A stretch of DNA of 64,000 nt, from positions 32,001 through 96,000 of IMG/VR virus record IMGVR_UViG_3300017791_000355, one strand, 5' to 3'. The stretch's first letter is position 1, and each line of letters begins with the position of its first letter. The DNA comes from a virus. Its lineage: Duplodnaviria; Caudoviricetes. Shown here in pieces: positions 60,301 to 64,000 of this stretch. Below the pieces are notes generated by a model. It saw nothing but the letters and a program-made list of their open reading frames with translations. It ran no database searches and had not been told where the DNA came from. Position numbers and translations under genes: made by a program.

Positions 60301-61970
60301 GCCGCCGCCCCCTCGACGATCCACTCGCCAGGCTGGAGCACGTAGTCGATCGGCACCTGGACGTGCTCGACGCGAGGACCGCGGGCGACGAAGCACTCGC
60401 GAAGCGACGGGATGTACTGGCCGGTCTCACGGTCGACGAAGCCTGGCGCCCTCGGAAAGAGCTGCACGTAGCCTCTGTACGAGACGCGTCCGTTCTCGAG
60501 GAGGACGTTCGACTTCAGGAAGATTCCGACGTCGCGCCACTTCTCGGGAACGCCGAGGCTCGTCACGCACGTCTCAGCGTGCGGGAACTTCTTCGTGCCG
60601 TGCTCGCCGCAGTGCACACACACGCGCCCGGTACGGAGGTACGGCACGTAGTCCTTGAGAACCTTGCCGTCTTCCCCGAAGTCACCGTACGACATCAGGA
60701 ACTCGTCGCCACTCTCGTGGCACGCGTCGGCGCCGAACGAGACGCCACCGCCCTCGGTCCGCGGCACGTCCTTCGTGAGGAGTAGCCCGGTCCCGTCGCA
60801 CGTGACCTCGCCTTCCGGTCCCTCGCAACCCTTGAGCTTCACGTTGTGATGAAGGACTCGCCCCGCGTTCTCGCACGTCGCGCAGGTCGCCACGGTGGGC
60901 TCCTTGACCTTCCCACCCGCCTTCCACGGCTGACACCGGCCCTTGCAGTCCGGGCAGCGCAGCGTGGGCTGCTCATGGTGGGGGACCTTCCCCTCGCCGG
61001 CGCAGTGAGGGCAAGGCTCGGTCGACCCGTACTCGACCGCGATCATCTTCTTCAGGATCGCCTGGCTGACTGAGCCGTCGTCCCGGATGATGCCGGCGTC
61101 GATGAACTTGCCGATTGACCCGGCACGCTTCTTCTTGAAGTACGTCTCGATGACGTCGACCTTCGACTGGTCGACCCACAGGCCGTGCGCGTCGCCGAGC
61201 GCGAGGCAGATCGCGGAGTAGGTCTGCGTCGCGACCTCGTGGAGATTCAGGTGCGGACGGCGGACGAGGCACTGGGAGGAGAAGCGCGTCGAGCCGCAGT
61301 CGAGGCACGCGCCCGCGTCGGACCAGTTGTGGCTCGAGGAGACCTTGGGTAGGACCCCGATCTGGGCGAGCGTGACCTCGTGGGTGTTCTTGCCGTCGTC
61401 GACGGGGTAGTCGCGCGCGGCCTGCGGGAGCTTCTCGAGCGGCCAGTCGTCGAACTCGCCGTAGCGCAGCTTATACTCATCGTTCGACTTCGCGTCCTGT
61501 CGGCCGAGCACGAGGTCCACGACCATGGACAACGAGTACGAGCCGGGCTTGCCGGTCTCGGGATTCTTCAGCGGTCCGCCGGTGCGCGGATCGCGGCCGA
61601 GGGTGCCCTCCGCGATCGCGCAGAGGACTTGGGTGACCAGGGGATCGAACACGCGGCCCTGCTCGAGCAGCGCGAAGACGTGCGGCCAGATGTCGATCCC
61701 GCGTCGCGCGAACTCGTCGGCGATCACCAAGACGTCGAACGCGAGGTTCGCGTTGTTGAGGATCGCGCTCGGGTCCTCGAGGACCTGCGCGAAGAGCTCG
61801 AGCACGTCGTACTTCGAGAGCAGGGCCCCGACGATGTTCCCCTGGGGATCGAGCCACCCGGCCGAGCCGAGGACGAGCTTGGGGACGGGGACGCCCTTCT
61901 TGATGGCCCAGGTCTCGGTGTCGATCGAGACGGCGGTCTGGGCGAAGGTCTGGAGGCGAGCGAGCCGCAC
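60297..61970 (-). CDS. family A DNA polymerase, N-terminal part (3'-5' exonuclease and thumb) with Zn-finger insertions
   Basis: DTET, NLAFD, YPVDD exonuclease motifs; NGRVS...LRECFVAR; CxxCxGxG repeats. Confidence 0.85.
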   Translation of the reverse strand: MRLARLQTFAQTAVSIDTETWAIKKGVPVPKLVLGSAGWLDPQGNIVGALLSKYDVLELFAQVLEDPSAILNNANLAFDVLVIADEFARRGIDIWPHVFALLEQGRVFDPLVTQVLCAIAEGTLGRDPRTGGPLKNPETGKPGSYSLSMVVDLVLGRQDAKSNDEYKLRYGEFDDWPLEKLPQAARDYPVDDGKNTHEVTLAQIGVLPKVSSSHNWSDAGACLDCGSTRFSSQCLVRRPHLNLHEVATQTYSAICLALGDAHGLWVDQSKVDVIETYFKKKRAGSIGKFIDAGIIRDDGSVSQAILKKMIAVEYGSTEPCPHCAGEGKVPHHEQPTLRCPDCKGRCQPWKAGGKVKEPTVATCATCENAGRVLHHNVKLKGCEGPEGEVTCDGTGLLLTKDVPRTEGGGVSFGADACHESGDEFLMSYGDFGEDGKVLKDYVPYLRTGRVCVHCGEHGTKKFPHAETCVTSLGVPEKWRDVGIFLKSNVLLENGRVSYRGYVQLFPRAPGFVDRETGQYIPSLRECFVARGPRVEHVQVPIDYVLQPGEWIVEGAAA

Positions 61971-61972
61971 TG

Positions 61973-62446
61973 TCCAGGAAGAACGCCTGGACCGGGGTCG
62001 GAGCTTCCGTCAGATCTCCGGGGTCGGCGCGATTTCTCGGACGTGCTCGGGGATCATGCGAAGACCCTCCTCGAGCGAATCGACGAAGGACCACGACCCG
62101 TGTCCCTCGCACGAGCACCCACCATACTCGGCGTGGATGATTCGTCCATCTGGCAGAACCGCGACCATGTTCGCGTGGTGGTGACCCCAGCCCTCGGAGT
62201 CGTCGTAGTGCTCGTAGAGCAGCGCGTAGCCGCCGTCGAGGGCGGTCTGGAGCGCCTGTTGGGAGCCGCCCAAGTCATTCGTGATGCATCCGTCGGCGCA
62301 GGTCCGGTATTCCTGGGGCATCGCAGTCACCTCGAGCACGAGCTCGCGGACGTCGCGGCCTTCCTTGAGGGCGTCCAGGAGCACGGAGATGAGGTCGTCG
62401 CGCGTCATCCAGGATAGAACGCCTGGACCTGGGTCGGAGCTTCCGT
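61973..62446. repeat. 38/39-bp direct repeat (61973-62010 and 62408-62446) flanking one gene
   Basis: TCCAGGA(T)AGAACGCCTGGACC(G/T)GGGTCGGAGCTTCCGT; one indel, one mismatch. Confidence 0.9.
62010..62408 (-). CDS. hypothetical protein
   Basis: ATG at 62408; YGGCSC motif. Confidence 0.6.
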   Translation of the reverse strand: MTRDDLISVLLDALKEGRDVRELVLEVTAMPQEYRTCADGCITNDLGGSQQALQTALDGGYALLYEHYDDSEGWGHHHANMVAVLPDGRIIHAEYGGCSCEGHGSWSFVDSLEEGLRMIPEHVREIAPTPEI

Positions 62447-62454
62447 TCAAATAT

Positions 62455-62560
62455 TGCTCACAAGAGCCCTTGTCCTACCTTGCCATGCCTAACCCGGCCT
62501 TTGCCCAACTTGTCGTGCCACGCCGTGTCACGCCTAGCCTGACCCGGCCCTTGCCCAACC
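62455..62560 (-). ncRNA. (GGY-NN)n repeat unit B with 3' hairpin, candidate guide RNA
   Basis: About 18 GGY/GAC triplets at mostly 5-nt spacing, ending GAC-AA-GG-GCTC-TTGT-GAGC. Confidence 0.7.
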
Positions 62561-62576
62561 AATTCAAATCAGAGAA

Positions 62577-62653
62577 TGCGCACAAGCGCCCTTGTCGTGC
62601 CACGCTCCGCCGCGCCGTGCCACGCCGTGCCACGCCTGGCCTGGCCGAGCCAA
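62577..62653 (-). ncRNA. (GGY-NN)n repeat unit A with 3' hairpin, candidate guide RNA
   Basis: 12 triplets in perfect 5-nt register, ending GAC-AA-GG-GCGC-TTGT-GCGC. Confidence 0.75.
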
Positions 62654-62657
62654 AACT

Positions 62658-63170
62658 CTACTTACGTGACGCAGCCACGGGCGTCGAACGCTCACGTGGT
62701 CGAGGCTCTGGAATCTTGCGCCGTAGTTCACGATTCACGGCAGACACGACGCGTCCTTGGACTTCGAGGTCGCGATCGTGCGCGACGACTTCATCGGACG
62801 CGAGTTCAGACCGTGGAACGTCCTGCTTGATGGCGAGCGCTCGACGGAGCTTCCGTCGACCGTTACGAGATGTCTTGGTGCTGTAGGCGCTGGCGCCGGA
62901 CGCAGTCAAGAGCATCACCCCGACGTCCGAGTCGATCTTGACGGCGACGTGCATTGGAGGGTCGCGTCTTAACCACTCGGCTTCGACGAGTCCCTTGAGT
63001 TGAAGGCACCTGGTGCTGTACTCAGGCGTGTCACGCGTGACTCGGAACATGCGTTCGATCTCGTGAACCGCGATATGATCACCTCGCTCGAGTCGAGCGA
63101 CCCGCTGAGCAGGAGTGATCTCCTCTTCGGTCTCAGGCGTGCTCTCGACGGTCTGCAACTCGAGATTCAT
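62658..63170 (-). CDS. unknown accessory protein coupled to the RAMP-like gene
   Basis: ATGA overlap with the RAMP-like gene stop; 170 aa, basic C-terminal half. Confidence 0.75.
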   Translation of the reverse strand: MNLELQTVESTPETEEEITPAQRVARLERGDHIAVHEIERMFRVTRDTPEYSTRCLQLKGLVEAEWLRRDPPMHVAVKIDSDVGVMLLTASGASAYSTKTSRNGRRKLRRALAIKQDVPRSELASDEVVAHDRDLEVQGRVVSAVNRELRRKIPEPRPRERSTPVAASRK

Positions 63171-63730
63171 CCGATCACCTCGAACCGACCGAACTTCGGT
63201 CGCCAGTCGCCGACCCCGGTAATGCCGGAAGTCTCGACGATGTCGACGAGCTGATCGTCGGACTTGATGATGGAAGGATCCCACTGCACGTCGAACGTGC
63301 ACTCCCACGATGGAAAGATCGGTCGCGCGCGAATGACGCGGTTTTGCTTCACCTTGACCCCAGCAAGCTTGAGGTAGTTTCCGCTATCCCAGAGTCCTTC
63401 GACGGTCTTGGGACCCGGATACTGGAGGGCCCAATCACCCTCGATGATGATCCCACCCTTGACTTGCTTGCCCAGCGTGAGCTTCCTGGCTCCCTCTTGA
63501 AGGGCTCCCTCGAGGACCTCACCGGGTAAGCAAGGCGCGCCCTTGTTGTTCACGTAGAGTCCGCCATTCCACTCGCACCGGCGAATCTCCAGCAGATCGG
63601 CGTCAGTCTTCTTCTTCTTATCGGTCAACTTCTTGAGCGCTCGCGCCATCTCATTCAGAGGGTCGGCGAGTTGCCCGTTGTGCATGATGAGAGGGGTGAG
63701 GCCGCGAATCGTGAACGTGGTGGTCTTCAT
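63167..63730 (-). CDS. stand-alone Cas7/RAMP-like RNA-binding protein
   Basis: TFTIRGLTPLIMH, PCLPGEVLEGAL, RARPIF, terminal Gly-rich loop GVGDWRPKFGRFEV. Confidence 0.8.
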   Translation of the reverse strand: MKTTTFTIRGLTPLIMHNGQLADPLNEMARALKKLTDKKKKTDADLLEIRRCEWNGGLYVNNKGAPCLPGEVLEGALQEGARKLTLGKQVKGGIIIEGDWALQYPGPKTVEGLWDSGNYLKLAGVKVKQNRVIRARPIFPSWECTFDVQWDPSIIKSDDQLVDIVETSGITGVGDWRPKFGRFEVIG

Positions 63731-63829
63731 GTAAGCCTTGGAGCGTTGACGTCTTGGCGTGATTGCCGTTGTCGTGCTCGCAAGAAGGGAACTCCCTGGA
63801 CAATGCTCCGCTTTCAAAAATCGACCCAA

Positions 63830-63896
63830 TGCTCACAAGAGCCCATGTCTTGTCCGGACCCGCCACGCCTAGCGACGTCTCGCCTAGGCCTGCCGT
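63830..63896 (-). ncRNA. degenerate (GGY-NN)n unit C with the same 3' hairpin
   Basis: 10 pentamers in register, ending GAC-AT-GG-GCTC-TTGT-GAGC. Confidence 0.6.
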
Positions 63897-64000
63897 AAAT
63901 TCGCGTAGTGCGTCAGGATCTCGGCGTGACAGCGCAACGGCGAGCACCAACACGCGAGGACCTTCCCCCGGAGCTCGGGCAGCCGAGCCATCAAATCTGC
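63884..64000 (-). CDS. DUF4326-like protein (3' end, partial)
   Basis: ELRGKVLACWCSPLRCHAEIL. Confidence 0.75.
   Translation of the reverse strand, partial: ADLMARLPELRGKVLACWCSPLRCHAEILTHYANLRQA

Noticed and set aside
59525-60400. Split intein or group I/II intron joining the polymerase halves
   Set aside because: No Cys/Ser-starting intein N block, no HN-C/S/T junction, and the gap is fully occupied by coupled ORFs.
62455-62653. Classical CRISPR array next to the Cas7-like gene
   Set aside because: No 25-40-nt direct repeats separated by unique spacers; the periodicity is 5 nt.
62281-62886. 201-aa + strand ORF (RRAVPRR...)
   Set aside because: Low-complexity read-through of the pentamer repeats, antisense to the real genes.

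Overview
A 64 kb, GC-rich segment of a tailed dsDNA phage with a contractile tail. A Myxococcota-like host is inferred from an SspB homologue, an RCC1-repeat secreted protein, many lipoproteins and sigma54-type sites. Layout: (1) 1-5.2 kb, an array of 17 tRNA genes, many structurally non-canonical (including two 8/4 tRNA-Ser), with structured spacers, an HNH nuclease and envelope-protein genes. (2) 5.9-30.4 kb, the + strand head, tail, baseplate and lysis module. (3) 30.4-45.8 kb, + strand nucleotide-metabolism and small accessory genes (class II RNR, ThyA, dNMP kinase, ECF sigma). (4) 45.6-64 kb, a converging - strand arm (RuvC-like, HAD, Orn, Dam, UDG-like, PIN, SspB, family A DNA polymerase split in two). 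Top finding, at 62.45-63.9 kb: a stand-alone Cas7/RAMP-like gene and an unknown partner gene are flanked by three non-coding units built from (GGY-NN)n pentamers, each ending in the same covarying hairpin. This is a candidate phage RNA-guided system with a non-contiguous guide code and no CRISPR array. Also notable: a dispersed GTCCAGG-N7-CCTGGAC palindrome and four reverse-oriented sigma54 consensus sites at late-gene starts. All protein family calls come from motif recognition by eye; no database searches were run.
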